DNA of 64,000 nucleotides from Terriglobia bacterium (GTDB taxonomy: Bacteria > Acidobacteriota > Polarisedimenticolia > Polarisedimenticolales > JAIQFR01): NCBI GenBank assembly GCA_963748015.1, contig CAVVHE010000004.1:160001-224000 (forward strand), written 5' to 3'. Positions 18,121-29,794 of the stretch are shown here, in pieces (positions within the stretch are counted from its first letter, which is position 1; each line of letters starts with the position of its first letter). The notes under the pieces were generated by a model. That model saw only the letters and a list, made by a program, of their open reading frames with translations. It ran no database searches and was not told the DNA's origin. Both the position numbers and the translations under genes were made by a program.

Positions 18121-19002
18121 TCAGTCGCCGGGGGCGAAGAGGGTGGCGCGGCGGGTCGTGACGATTTCGCGCAGTTCGGGGTAGGCGGCGCAGAGCTCCT
18201 CGGGAGCCTCGGGGTGCTCCTGCCCGACGAGGCGCTTCATCATCAGCGCGTTCGCGAGTCCCTTGCCGCGGAAGTGGTTGTTCTGGATGACGAACACCTC
18301 CGCGGCGTCCATCGCCATCGCGACGGCCATGCCGGCGAGCGGGCGGAGCTCGTCCTCGCGGTAGAGGTAGTCGTAGCGGGCGTCGCGCCCGGCTCCCTCG
18401 CGAAACCAGTCGGCCTCGTTCCGCCCGTGGAGCCTCAGGTAGGCGACGCTCGACGTCACCGCGGCGGCGGGAGCGAGCGTCGCGCCGCCGGCGCGCGGCT
18501 GGTCCACGACGCACAGGCCGGTATCGCGGGAGCGCAGAAGGCGCTGCGTCTCGTCGTGTCGCCACGACGCGTGGCGCACCTCCACCACGACCGGCCACCC
18601 GCGCGCCGCGTCGAGCAGTCGCTCGAGGCGGGTGGTCGACGCCCCGGTGCGGTGGAAGGACTGGGGGAACTGGACGAGGATCGCGCCGAGCGCGCCGGTC
18701 TCGCGGAGGGGCTCGAGCCCCCGAAGGGTGAGCGGAACGACCTCGGCGGCGTCCGTGTCCTCGTGCGTCCAGGAGCGGTGGGCCTTGGCGGTGAAGCGGA
18801 AGCCGCTCCGCTCGCGCGTGCGTCGAGCCCAGGACGCGGCCCTGCGCGGATCCGCCGGACGGTAGAACGTCGCGTTGATCTCGATCACGTCCACGAATCG
18901 CGCGAGGTAGGCGAGGCGGTCGAAGCCGGTCCGCGTCCGCGAGGGGTAAACGGTTCCCGCCCAGTCGGGATAATCCCAACCCGCCACGCCCACGCGAATC
19001 AC
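18121..19002 (-). CDS. DUF72 family protein
   Basis: IRVGVAGWDYPDW, IEINATFYR, LVQFPQSF, YLRLHGRN, YDYLY, NNH motifs; GTG start after GGAGG. Confidence 0.92.
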   Translation of the reverse strand: MIRVGVAGWDYPDWAGTVYPSRTRTGFDRLAYLARFVDVIEINATFYRPADPRRAASWARRTRERSGFRFTAKAHRSWTHEDTDAAEVVPLTLRGLEPLRETGALGAILVQFPQSFHRTGASTTRLERLLDAARGWPVVVEVRHASWRHDETQRLLRSRDTGLCVVDQPRAGGATLAPAAAVTSSVAYLRLHGRNEADWFREGAGRDARYDYLYREDELRPLAGMAVAMAMDAAEVFVIQNNHFRGKGLANALMMKRLVGQEHPEAPEELCAAYPELREIVTTRRATLFAPGD

Positions 19003-19269
19003 CCCATGAAGACCTCCGCGGCGACATGATGCACCCGGCCGGTCGAAACGGCACGCGGGACGAGGGTCTCCCGGCGTTACGGAATCGTCTTCGGGAGCGG
19101 TCGCACCCCGGACCTTTCGAGCTTCTCGGCGAGTTCGGCGTTCTCGCGCCGGGCGGCGCCGGGCTTGCGTTTCCGTCGCTTGCCGGAGGCGCCGCGGCGC
19201 GCGCGCTTTCCCCTTGACCCTCCGGTTTTTGACCGTAAATAGGACACTGACGAGAGGAGATCGCCGACG

Positions 19270-19707
19270 ATGCCCGAGCGCGGTCCCAAGAGCATTGCCG
19301 AGGAGATCGAGGTCCTGGCGCGATTGACGGGAGCGCCCCGCGTGTTCGTCGAGCAGGTCCGCGCCCTCTTCACGAGCAAGGCGATATCGCTCGACGAGGC
19401 GGCGGCGCCGTTCGTCGCGGCCCTCGAGGAGGCCTTCCGGCGAGAGGAGACGATCCGTACCTCCTCGTCGCAAGCCCGTCGCGGCCTCGATCGCGTGCAG
19501 GAGGACCTCGGCCGCGTCCGGGAGATCCACCGCGAGCAAGCCGAGCATCTCCGCCGCGCGAGGGCGAACCTCGAGAGCAGCGCCCGGCGGATCCGGGAGA
19601 GCGGCGAGCGGCTCGAGGCGGCCGCGTACGCGCTCGGCGTGCGCCGCGGCGCCCACCGCGAGACCGATGCCGCCCCGATCGTGCCGGGCCCGAAAGACAT
19701 CCAGTAG
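19270..19707 (+). CDS. Hypothetical coiled-coil protein
   Basis: GAGAGGAGA RBS, AT-rich promoter-like region upstream, helical composition. Confidence 0.65.
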   Translation: MPERGPKSIAEEIEVLARLTGAPRVFVEQVRALFTSKAISLDEAAAPFVAALEEAFRREETIRTSSSQARRGLDRVQEDLGRVREIHREQAEHLRRARANLESSARRIRESGERLEAAAYALGVRRGAHRETDAAPIVPGPKDIQ

Positions 19708-19757
19708 GAGGCCGGTTTCCCGTCTCGCCGCGGGAGCCGCGCGGGAGGGGACGGGCG

Positions 19758-22091
19758 TCAGTTGGGCGGCGAGGCGCCCCCGGCGACGCGGGACACGGTC
19801 GCAACCAGCGACGAGAGATCGTAGGGCTTGCCGAGGACCGGATTGCCGGCGTCGTCGAGGAACTGGCTCGTTCCTTCCCCCCCGGCGTCGCCGGTCGAGA
19901 ACACCACGCGGCGCGCCAGGTCCGGGTGCGAATGCCGCAGCGCCTCGTAGAACGCCTGGCCGTCCATTCCCGGCATCTTCATGTCCACGAGCAGTACGTC
20001 GAAGCTCCGCTCCGACACGACCCGCAAGGCCTCGGAGCCGTCCCGCGCCGACGTCACCGTCCAGCCGAGGGCCTCGAGCACGTCGCGCACGAGATCGGCG
20101 ATCGACTCCTCGTCGTCCACGACCAGGATCTCTCCGCCGGCGACGGCGGGCGACGCGGCGCACTCGACGGCGGCGGCCTCGACCACCGTCTCGGCCGTCT
20201 CGGACGGCACCGGAATCTCGACGGTGAACGACGCGCCCTCCCCCTCGCGGCTCGCGACCCCGATCCGCCCGCCGTGCTCCTGGACGATGCCGTAGCAGAT
20301 CGAGAGCCCGAGCCCGGTGCCCTTGCCGACCTCCTTCGTGGTGAAGAACGGGATGAACACCTTGCCGAGGTTCTCCTGCGAGATGCCGTTGCCGTTGTCG
20401 GAGACGTCCACGCGGACGAACCCGCCGTCCTCGCGCGTCTCGACGACGATGCGTCCGCGCCGCGGCGTCTCGCGCACGGCGTGCTCGGCGTTCGTGAGGA
20501 GGTTGAGGAACACCTGCTGGAGCTGGTGCGGGTCCACCACGACCTTGGGGAGCCCCGGGCTCAGGCGACGCACCACCTCGACGTTGCTGACGTGGAGCTC
20601 GTACGCGCGGAGGTCCAGGACCTGGTCGAGCACTTCGTTGATGTCGGTGGGCCGCTTTTCCGTCCGGTGTTTTCGGGAGAAGGTCAGGAGATTCTGGACG
20701 ATTCGCCCGGCGCGCTCCGCTTCCGCCGACACCCGCCCCAGCATGCGGCGGTGGTTCGGATCCGAGACGCGGGACATCAGCAGTTGCGTGTAGCCGACCA
20801 CGGAGGTGAGCGGGTTGTTCAGCTCGTGCGCGACGCCGGAGACCAGCATCCCGAGCGCGGACATCTTCTCCGTCTGGAGCAGCTGCGACTGGACCTGCTT
20901 GAGGTCCGCCACCAGCTGCGCGTTGGAGAGCGCCATGTCCACGAACCGGACCAGGGTTTCGAGGCGGCGCACGTCCTCGTCGTCGAACGGGCGCCGCGCC
21001 GCGCCGTGGAAGAGGATCAGCGCGCCCTCGCGGCGTCCGAGGATCTGGAGCGGCGCGAGGAGCACACCGGTCGCCTCGAGGCAGGCCAGCTCCGGGAGCC
21101 CCGCGGGATCCGCGCCCGGCTGTCCGGTGCGCCGCACGCCCCCGCTCTCGAGCAGCTCGGCGAGGAGCCCCTCGAGCGACAGCGCCGCCGGCAGGGCCCG
21201 CGGGGTTCCGACGGCCGAGAGAACGCGCAGGCGGCTCGTTCCCTGCTCGAGCACGGCGAGGATCGCCCCCGTCGAGCGGAGGGTCTCGGCCGAGACGCGC
21301 ACCACCGCCCTGCGGAGCCGCTCCGCTTCCAGTTCCGAGCCGATCTCGAGGCCGAGATCCTGCAGCGAGCGCAGTTCCACCTCCCGCAGCTCCAGCGCCT
21401 TTTCCCGGCGGCTGAGCAGGATCAGGAGCAGCAGCGTGAGCCAGACCGGCAGCACCCCGAGGAGGGACAGCCACGGCTGGACGCTCCAGAGGACCGCCAT
21501 GCCGAGCCCGGACACGATGCAGGAGATCTCGTTCAGGAACCCCGTTCGCGTGATGAAGTCGAGACGAAGAAGGGGCCGGCGGCTGGCCAGGCTGACGACG
21601 ACGTGCGTCAGGCCGTGATTGACCGCGAAGAACACGAGCAGCGAGGCGAGCGCCGCCGCCAGGGTCGCCGGGTCCAGGGCGTCGAGCACCCGGAATCCCG
21701 GGTGCGCCAGGCTCCGGACCTGGACCGCGACCCAGAGCGACAGGGACAGCTGCCCCATGTTGAAGGCCGCCGTGAAGACCCGTCGGCGGTTGAACGCCCA
21801 GTCGGCCGCGTTCATCACGGCGAGGACGGCGCAGGTCGCCCCGGGATCGGCGAGGAAGAAGAGCGCGTAGACGAACGAGGTGCCGATCTGGTGGACGATG
21901 GTGCTGGGCAGGAAGCCCTGGTAGCTGATCGACAGCGCGGTCGCGAGGGTTCCGAGCAGCCCGAAGAGGAGGACCGGCGCGGGGTTCCAGGAGGCGGGAT
22001 CGAATCCGGCCAGCAGGGACAACCCCGCCGCCAGGCCGGCGACGATCACCGTCCACGCGTAGGTCTTCGCTCCCGAGCTCAGCTGGCTCAA
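19758..22091 (-). CDS. Membrane-bound hybrid sensor histidine kinase (multi-TM, GAF, HisKA, HATPase, REC)
   Basis: GVAHELNNPL H-box, FFTTKEVGKGTGLGL, C-terminal ILVVDDE...DMKMPGMDG receiver. Start uncertain (ORF open to 22217). Confidence 0.92.
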   Translation of the reverse strand: MSQLSSGAKTYAWTVIVAGLAAGLSLLAGFDPASWNPAPVLLFGLLGTLATALSISYQGFLPSTIVHQIGTSFVYALFFLADPGATCAVLAVMNAADWAFNRRRVFTAAFNMGQLSLSLWVAVQVRSLAHPGFRVLDALDPATLAAALASLLVFFAVNHGLTHVVVSLASRRPLLRLDFITRTGFLNEISCIVSGLGMAVLWSVQPWLSLLGVLPVWLTLLLLILLSRREKALELREVELRSLQDLGLEIGSELEAERLRRAVVRVSAETLRSTGAILAVLEQGTSRLRVLSAVGTPRALPAALSLEGLLAELLESGGVRRTGQPGADPAGLPELACLEATGVLLAPLQILGRREGALILFHGAARRPFDDEDVRRLETLVRFVDMALSNAQLVADLKQVQSQLLQTEKMSALGMLVSGVAHELNNPLTSVVGYTQLLMSRVSDPNHRRMLGRVSAEAERAGRIVQNLLTFSRKHRTEKRPTDINEVLDQVLDLRAYELHVSNVEVVRRLSPGLPKVVVDPHQLQQVFLNLLTNAEHAVRETPRRGRIVVETREDGGFVRVDVSDNGNGISQENLGKVFIPFFTTKEVGKGTGLGLSICYGIVQEHGGRIGVASREGEGASFTVEIPVPSETAETVVEAAAVECAASPAVAGGEILVVDDEESIADLVRDVLEALGWTVTSARDGSEALRVVSERSFDVLLVDMKMPGMDGQAFYEALRHSHPDLARRVVFSTGDAGGEGTSQFLDDAGNPVLGKPYDLSSLVATVSRVAGGASPPN

Positions 22092-22356
22092 AGTGTGCGC
22101 AACCTCACGGACACCACCGCCCTCGCGGCTCGCCACCGAGAAGATAGGTTCCGCGCCGCCGACATGCCCGCCGCGGGGCGCGGCCGGGCGGCGCCGTTTT
22201 CCGCCCCCCCCTCGCAACAGGCCTTCCTGAAACGAGATGCGGCAGGCGCCCGGCCGGATCGAGGGAGTCGGCCGGGCGCCGTCGCGACGGGGCGAGCCCG
22301 GGTGTGACTTGGCCCGGGATCCGTTCTACACTTCGAGCCTTTCGGAGGGAGACTCC

Positions 22357-22899
22357 ATGTCCGACCGTCCGGTGGTCACCGGAACCACGATCCTCACGCT
22401 CCGGCGGGACGGCAAGGTGGCGATGGGCGGCGACGGCCAGGTCACCCTCGACCGGACCATCGTGAAGCACGGAGCCCGAAAGGTCCGCACGCTCGCGGGA
22501 GGGACGATCCTCGCCGGCTTCGCGGGCGGGGCGGCCGACGCGATCGCCCTGCTCTCGCGCTTCGAGGAGAAGCTCGCCGCGCACGGAGGCCAGATCGAGC
22601 GGGCGGCGGTCGAACTGGTCCGGGACTGGAGGACGGATCGCGCGCTCCGGCGGCTCGAGGCGATGCTGGTGCTGGCGGACCTCAAGAGGACCTTCCTCCT
22701 GTCCGGCAACGGCGACCTGATCGAGCCCGACGACGGCGTGCTCGGCATCGGGAGCGGCTCGCTGGCCGCGATGGCGGCGGCGCGGGCCCTCCTGGGGCAC
22801 ACGGCGCTCGACGCGAAATCGATCGTGACCGAGGCGCTCCGGATCGCTTCAGGTCTCGACATTTACACCAACGACCGCCTGGCCGTCGAGGAGATCTGA
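22357..22899 (+). CDS. hslV: ATP-dependent protease peptidase subunit
   Basis: TTIL N-terminal Thr, GDGQVT, WRTDRALRRLEA, GIGSGS. Confidence 0.97.
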   Translation: MSDRPVVTGTTILTLRRDGKVAMGGDGQVTLDRTIVKHGARKVRTLAGGTILAGFAGGAADAIALLSRFEEKLAAHGGQIERAAVELVRDWRTDRALRRLEAMLVLADLKRTFLLSGNGDLIEPDDGVLGIGSGSLAAMAAARALLGHTALDAKSIVTEALRIASGLDIYTNDRLAVEEI

Positions 22900-22901
22900 A
22901 C

Positions 22902-24302
<1,401 letters not shown>

Positions 24303-24306
24303 GCGC

Positions 24307-25392
24307 ATGACGAGAGCTCGCGCAGGCACGCCGGTCCTCCTCCTCCTCCTCGCGCTCGCCTCGGGCGCGTGCGGGAAGAGGGGCCCTCTCAAGCCTCCCG
24401 AGCCGCGCGGACCGACTCCGCCCAAGGAGGTCGCCGCCAGGCAGACGGGAGACAGGGTCGTCGTCTCGTTCGTCGCTCCGGCGCCTCGCGGGGACCGGCC
24501 GTCCCAGCAACCGGTGCGCGCGGAGCTGGTGCGCGTGACGTACGCCCCCGGGCTCCACCCGCCGCAGGACCCGGACGCGTTCCGGCGTGTCGGCGCGGTG
24601 GTGGCGACGATCGAGAGCGATCCGCTCGCCGCGGGGAGCCGGCTGCGGCTCGAGGACCCGTCCTGGAAGGAGCTCGCCGGGAGCGGGGTGGACTGGACGC
24701 TGCGGTACGCCGTGCGCGTCAAGGACCGGAAGGGCCGCCCGTCCCCCTTGGTGGTGGCACCGGACCTCCTTCCCGTGGCCCCCCCGCCCGTCCCCTCGGG
24801 CCTTCACGCCGAGGCGACCGCGGACGGGATCCGGGTGCGGTGGGAGCCGCCGAGGGCCGAGGGCACCCTCAAGTACAGCCTCTACCGCGCCGACCAGGGG
24901 GCGGACTTCGGGAACCTCCCGTTGCACCGCGAGCCGCTCTCGACCACGGAGTTCCTCGACACCGACGTGGCGGCGGGAAAGTCGTACCGCTACGTCGTGC
25001 GGACCGCGATGTCCGAAGGGCCGCCCTTCCGCGAGAGCGCGTCGTCCGCGGAGGCGGTCGTGGTCGCCGAGGACCGCTTCCCCCCGGCGCCCCCCTCGGG
25101 CCTCGTGGCCGTGCAGGAGGGGAACGCGGTCCGGCTGTTCTGGAATCCTAACCAGGAGCGGGATCTCGCGGGGTACCGCGTCTTTCGTCGCGACGCCGCC
25201 CTCGAGTGGCGGCGCATCGGACCGGAGTTGGGGGTCGAGCCGCTGTTGCTCGATCCCGCGGTCCGTCCGGGGACGCAGGTCTCCTACCGGGTGACCGCGG
25301 TGGACCGCGCGGGCAATGAGAGCGCTCCCTCGGAGCCCGTGGACCTCGACGTCGCCGCGGATCCGGGAGCGGCTCCCGGGGGGGCGCGGTGA
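24307..25392 (+). CDS. Lipoprotein with CGKRGPL N-terminus and fibronectin type III domains
   Basis: Lipobox SGAC, then GKRGPLKPP; FN3 signatures 'PSGL.A....I.V.W', 'YRVTAVDRAGNES'. Confidence 0.82.
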   Translation: MTRARAGTPVLLLLLALASGACGKRGPLKPPEPRGPTPPKEVAARQTGDRVVVSFVAPAPRGDRPSQQPVRAELVRVTYAPGLHPPQDPDAFRRVGAVVATIESDPLAAGSRLRLEDPSWKELAGSGVDWTLRYAVRVKDRKGRPSPLVVAPDLLPVAPPPVPSGLHAEATADGIRVRWEPPRAEGTLKYSLYRADQGADFGNLPLHREPLSTTEFLDTDVAAGKSYRYVVRTAMSEGPPFRESASSAEAVVVAEDRFPPAPPSGLVAVQEGNAVRLFWNPNQERDLAGYRVFRRDAALEWRRIGPELGVEPLLLDPAVRPGTQVSYRVTAVDRAGNESAPSEPVDLDVAADPGAAPGGAR

Positions 25393-26219
25393 CGGGGCCG
25401 ATCCGGATCGTGAAGATGTCGGGGGCCGGGAACGACTTCGTCGTCCTCGGCCCGCGCGAGGCGAAGTCGCTCGGCGACCGGCTCGAGTCGTGGGTGCGCC
25501 GGGTATGCCGGCGCGGTCTTTCGGTCGGCGCGGACGGCGTGCTGATCGTGGGGCCGTCTTCTCCCGGGCGGGTTCGCGTCTCGTTCTTCAATCCGGACGG
25601 CGTTCCCGCCTTCTGCGGGAACGGGTCGCGCTGCGCGGCACGTTTCGCGGCGCTCGAGGGTTACGCGGCCGGCTCCATGATCCTCGAGACGTCGGCGGGC
25701 GACGTCCCGGCGAGCCTGACGGAGGACGGCGTGCGGCTGACCCTCCCGGCGCCGTCCGGAGCGGTGCCGCTCTCGGTCGAAGCGGCGGGCGCCGCCCTCG
25801 AGGGTTGGAGCCTCGTTGCCGGGGTTCCGCACTTCGTGCTGGCCGTCGAGAACGTCGCGCGGGCACCTCTCGAGATCTGGGGTCCGGCCCTCCGCCGCCA
25901 CCCCGCGTTCGGCGCCGCGGGGACCAACGTGGATCTCGCCGAGCGGCGGCCGGACGGCATCGGGGTCCGCACCTGGGAGCGTGGCGTCGAGGGAGAGACG
26001 CTCGCGTGCGGGAGCGGCGCGATCGCGGCGGCTTGCGTGGCGAGGCGGCTGGGCTGGGCGGGCGGCACCGTGCGGGTCGTGCCCGCGAGCGGGATCCCGC
26101 TGCTCGTCGACCTCCCGGGCCCGGCCGATGCCCCGGAGGCCGCCGTACTGGAAGGGGACGCGCGCTGGATCTTCGACGGCACCCTCGCGCCGGAAGCCAC
26201 CGAAGGGTTCGAAGCGTGA
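25389..26219 (+). CDS. dapF: Diaminopimelate epimerase
   Basis: KMSGAGNDF, CGNGSRC, GVPH, ERGVEGETLACGSG motifs. Confidence 0.95.
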   Translation: MTGPIRIVKMSGAGNDFVVLGPREAKSLGDRLESWVRRVCRRGLSVGADGVLIVGPSSPGRVRVSFFNPDGVPAFCGNGSRCAARFAALEGYAAGSMILETSAGDVPASLTEDGVRLTLPAPSGAVPLSVEAAGAALEGWSLVAGVPHFVLAVENVARAPLEIWGPALRRHPAFGAAGTNVDLAERRPDGIGVRTWERGVEGETLACGSGAIAAACVARRLGWAGGTVRVVPASGIPLLVDLPGPADAPEAAVLEGDARWIFDGTLAPEATEGFEA

Positions 26220-26452
26220 GCGCATCGCCCGCCCGCAAGATCGCCGACTGGGTCATCGGCCTGACGCTCATCGCCTTGGGGATCGTCGGGGGGTTCATCC
26301 CCTTGTTCCAGGGGTGGCCCTTCATCCTCGCCGGCCTGGCAATCCTAAGCAGCCACAGCCGCTTCGCGCGCGCCACCCTCGACCGGATCAAGCGGATCGC
26401 CCGCGGGGCGCGGGACCGGCTCGCCCGCGGGAAGGAGAAACGGCGGGATTGA
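26216..26452 (+). CDS. Small membrane protein (PGPGW/DUF454-like)
   Basis: GTGA overlap with dapF; two TM helices around 'GFIPLFQGWP'; basic tail. Confidence 0.7.
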   Translation: MSASPARKIADWVIGLTLIALGIVGGFIPLFQGWPFILAGLAILSSHSRFARATLDRIKRIARGARDRLARGKEKRRD

Positions 26453-26473
26453 TCCGCCGGCGGGACCTCCTCC

Positions 26474-27451
26474 TCAGTCGAAGCCGCGCTTCCGCCTCCA
26501 CTCGAGCCCTTCCCGGACGGACTGCTCGATCAGCGCGCGCAGGACCGGCCGTGGTACGGAGGCGTCGAAGTACCGGATCAGGTCTTCCGAGGCCAGGACC
26601 TTCTCCGGGATGATCCCGCTGGGAACACCGTCCACGAAGGCCTGCTGGACGCTTCCGCGAACCCACGACAGCGAATCGCGCGTGAGCCGCAGCTCCTGGG
26701 CATCCGTCGCCGCGCCGTGGAGCGGCACGACGATCTTCGGCTTCTCCGTAACGATGGAGTTCAGGACGCCGATCCAGTTCCCCAGGTTCGCCCCCGTTCC
26801 CCAGAGGCCGCGAGACGGAGCGATCAGGTCCCCGACGGCGACGATCCCCTCGTTGCGCAGCCACACCAGCGTGTCCCCGGCCGAGTGGGCCGGCAGGGCC
26901 TGGATCGGGAGGATCTGGACCGTGTGCTTGGGGTCCTCGAGGCGGAACTCGGTGTTGGTGACCGCGGTGGGAAGCCTCCTCTCGGGCTCCTTCCACGACT
27001 CGCCGCCCCGCTCCCTGGCCTCGGCTCCGAAGTCGAAGCCGCCGTCCGCCATCGCGGCGCGACAGCCGTCCGACGAGACGACGAGGGCTTCCTTCGGGAA
27101 CGCGGAGGCGCCTCCGGCTGCGTCCGCGTGCGGATGCGTGAACACGAGGTACTTCACGGGCTTCGTGGTCAGCCGCGCGATGGCCTCGAGGAGCTCCTTC
27201 GCGCCGGCGGGGGAAGATTGCCCGTCGACGACGAGGACACCGTCGCTTCGCTCGACCACGAGAGAATTCGGCCGTCCCGCTCCCCCGTCGGCCGGGCGGA
27301 AGAGATGAACCCCCTCGGCGAGCGTGTCCACCGTGAACGGTCCGATCCTCTTCCCGCCGGCGGGAACGGAGGGCTCCGCCGCCGCGTGCGCGAGGCTCAG
27401 GACGGCGGCGAGCGCCGCCGCCAGGATGTTTCGCCGGAGACTACGCGACAT
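26474..27451 (-). CDS. Exported metallo-beta-lactamase-fold hydrolase
   Basis: Signal peptide with RR; THPHADA, AHSAGD, GDL, PLHG motifs. Confidence 0.85.
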   Translation of the reverse strand: MSRSLRRNILAAALAAVLSLAHAAAEPSVPAGGKRIGPFTVDTLAEGVHLFRPADGGAGRPNSLVVERSDGVLVVDGQSSPAGAKELLEAIARLTTKPVKYLVFTHPHADAAGGASAFPKEALVVSSDGCRAAMADGGFDFGAEARERGGESWKEPERRLPTAVTNTEFRLEDPKHTVQILPIQALPAHSAGDTLVWLRNEGIVAVGDLIAPSRGLWGTGANLGNWIGVLNSIVTEKPKIVVPLHGAATDAQELRLTRDSLSWVRGSVQQAFVDGVPSGIIPEKVLASEDLIRYFDASVPRPVLRALIEQSVREGLEWRRKRGFD

Positions 27452-27546
27452 GGATGCCTCCTCGAGAGAGTGCGGGCACGGAACAGTCTAGCCGCGCCCG
27501 GGCGGTCCGGCATCCCTGCCTTCCGGAGCGGCGGGCGGCGCGTTGC

Positions 27547-29721
27547 TCAGCGAGAGTCCAGGCCGTCGGGATAGGTGATCCGGTACAGGCGCGTGTTGGC
27601 GAGGATGCGCTTCACGTAGCCCCGGGTGTCCGGGATGGGAATCCGCTCGACGTAGCGCTCTCCCTCCGGGTCGTCGCCCGGGACCGACCATCGCGCGGCC
27701 CTCGAGGCGCCGGCGTGGTACGCGGCGAGTGCCGCGTGAAGCGAGCCGAGGCGGCCGAGGAGGTCGCGCAGGTACGCGCAGCCGAGCCTGAGATTCGTCT
27801 CGGGCTCGAACAGCCGGTCCTGCCGGAATCCCGCGATACCGATCTTGCGGGCGACCTCCTCGGCGGTCGCCGGCATGAGCTGGAGGAGTCCGCGCGCGCC
27901 GGCCGACGAGACGGCGAGCGGGTTGAAGGCGCTTTCCTGGAGGACGACGCCCGCGACCACGGCGGGATCGAGTCCCGCCGCGCCGGCGATCCGCCCGAGA
28001 AGCTCGGGGTCCTGCGCCGGCACGATGAGGCGGAGGAGCCGCCTGGTGAGCCCCTTGAGGTCGGCCGAGTCCCGGTCCTTGACCGCGAGAAGCAGGAGCT
28101 GCACGGCGTCGGTTTTCTCGCCTTCCTCGACGGCCGCGTCGGCGGCCTCGAGCGCGACGGACCTCGCGCGCGGCCCGGCCGACGCGGCGGAGGCCCGGTA
28201 CGACGCCGAAGCGCTGTCCCAAAGACCGATCGATCTGAGCTCCCGGGCGGCGCCGAGCCAGCGCCGCGAAGCGAGGGACGGGGGATCCGGCGACGGGGGG
28301 ACGTTTCGATCCGGCACGTCGGGAGACGCGATGCCGAGGCGCCGGGCGGCCAGCATGCCGTAATAGTGGTTCGGCCATCGGGAGACGATCTCCTCGAGAT
28401 GGCCTCTCGCCGAGGCCGGGCGGCCCTTTCGCTCCTCGCGGCGGCTCGCCCAGTAGAGCGCCGCGGCGCGCACCCCCGCGGCCGCGTCCGAGCGCGCCAG
28501 CACGCGGGCGATCCCCGCATCCGCGAGATCGTCGTGCCCGAGGTCGTACGCGTTCCACGCCTCGCGCCAGAGGAGCCCCGGCTCGGCCGCGCCGCCCGCG
28601 GCCGTCCGGTATCGCCCGTAGGCCCGGAGCGCCGCCTCGGACGGGGTGCCCTCCTCGATGCGGGCCAGGTCGGCGAGGGCCTGGAGCTTCCATCGCGATG
28701 CCCCCGGCGCGGTTGCGAGCCCGGCGAGCCCGGCGCGGTGGGAGCCCGTGCGTCCTCGGGCCAGGTCGATACGGGCTCGGAGGTATCGCGCGCCGTCCGA
28801 GGTCGCACCGCCGCCTCTCGCCGCGCGAGCCACGAACGGCTCCGCCGCCGTGACGCGTCCCAGCCGGATCAGGAGATCCGCCTCGAGGAGAGCCTCGTCG
28901 GCGGGGACGAGAGCCGGCGTCGAGCCCCGGGGCCTCCCGTCCTGAAGGAGCTCGAGCGCGGCCTCGAGGCGTCCCGCTTCCTGCCACCTGCGCGCCGCGT
29001 CGGCGACCTTCGACCGCTCCGCCGGAGTGAAACGGGACGGGGCATCGGGGAACTCGCTCTCGAGCGTGTCGAGAGCGCGCTCGGCATTCTCGCCCGCGGG
29101 GCTCTCGAGGAGCAGCGCGACGAGACGGCGCCTGGCGCCGTCTCGATCCGCGTGCCGCAGCGCGATGCGCGCGGCCTCGAGTCGAAGCGGGGCCGTTCCG
29201 GCCCGGTCGAGCAGCGCCACCGCCTCGCGATGTCCTCCTCGCGATTCGAGCGCGGACGCCTGGCATCGCAGGGCCTCTTCTCGTCCGGGGAACCCCTCGA
29301 CGGAGGCGGCTCTCGCGGCGGCCGCCATCGCCTCGTCCCAGCGCGAAGCGGCCAGCAGGCCGCGGGCCCTCAGGAGGTCCGCATGGGCCGAGAGCGGCGC
29401 TCCCGGATCGAGAGGCGAGGGAAGGAACGAGGAGACCTCCGCCGCGCGCCCGAGAGAGGCCATCCTGGCGGCGGCGAGGATGCGCGCCCGCGCCTCCCAC
29501 GACGGCGAGCGGTAGGAGCGAAGAAACGTCCGGAGGCTCTCCTCGGCCTCCCGCGGCCGCCCGGAACCGTAGAGCTCGATCGCTCGCCGCACGGGGGGCG
29601 GTGGGTGCGCCGAATCATCCCAGCGGCTCGGCCGCGTCCACCACCAGATCGCCGCCGACGCGGCGATGAGGACGAGGACGACGGCGAGGAACGGGCGCGC
29701 GCGCCACTGGGTGAGCTTCAT
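27547..29721 (-). CDS. Slt70-like lytic transglycosylase with TPR-like helical region
   Basis: C-terminal QES.F.P.A.S.AGARGLLQLMP, AAYHAG, TRGYVKRI motifs; N-terminal TM. Confidence 0.92.
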   Translation of the reverse strand: MKLTQWRARPFLAVVLVLIAASAAIWWWTRPSRWDDSAHPPPPVRRAIELYGSGRPREAEESLRTFLRSYRSPSWEARARILAAARMASLGRAAEVSSFLPSPLDPGAPLSAHADLLRARGLLAASRWDEAMAAAARAASVEGFPGREEALRCQASALESRGGHREAVALLDRAGTAPLRLEAARIALRHADRDGARRRLVALLLESPAGENAERALDTLESEFPDAPSRFTPAERSKVADAARRWQEAGRLEAALELLQDGRPRGSTPALVPADEALLEADLLIRLGRVTAAEPFVARAARGGGATSDGARYLRARIDLARGRTGSHRAGLAGLATAPGASRWKLQALADLARIEEGTPSEAALRAYGRYRTAAGGAAEPGLLWREAWNAYDLGHDDLADAGIARVLARSDAAAGVRAAALYWASRREERKGRPASARGHLEEIVSRWPNHYYGMLAARRLGIASPDVPDRNVPPSPDPPSLASRRWLGAARELRSIGLWDSASASYRASAASAGPRARSVALEAADAAVEEGEKTDAVQLLLLAVKDRDSADLKGLTRRLLRLIVPAQDPELLGRIAGAAGLDPAVVAGVVLQESAFNPLAVSSAGARGLLQLMPATAEEVARKIGIAGFRQDRLFEPETNLRLGCAYLRDLLGRLGSLHAALAAYHAGASRAARWSVPGDDPEGERYVERIPIPDTRGYVKRILANTRLYRITYPDGLDSR

Positions 29722-29794
29722 GGACCGCCGATGTTACCGAGGGACGCGACGAAGGTCCACCCCGCGCGCCGGCCCGCATTGCCGTCGCCGCGGA

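Noticed and set aside
18121..22056. 1311-aa minus-strand ORF ending in DUF72
   Set aside because: Only the last 293 aa are protein-like. The rest is an Arg/Pro/Gly-rich alternate frame over the histidine kinase, a GC artefact rather than a fusion.
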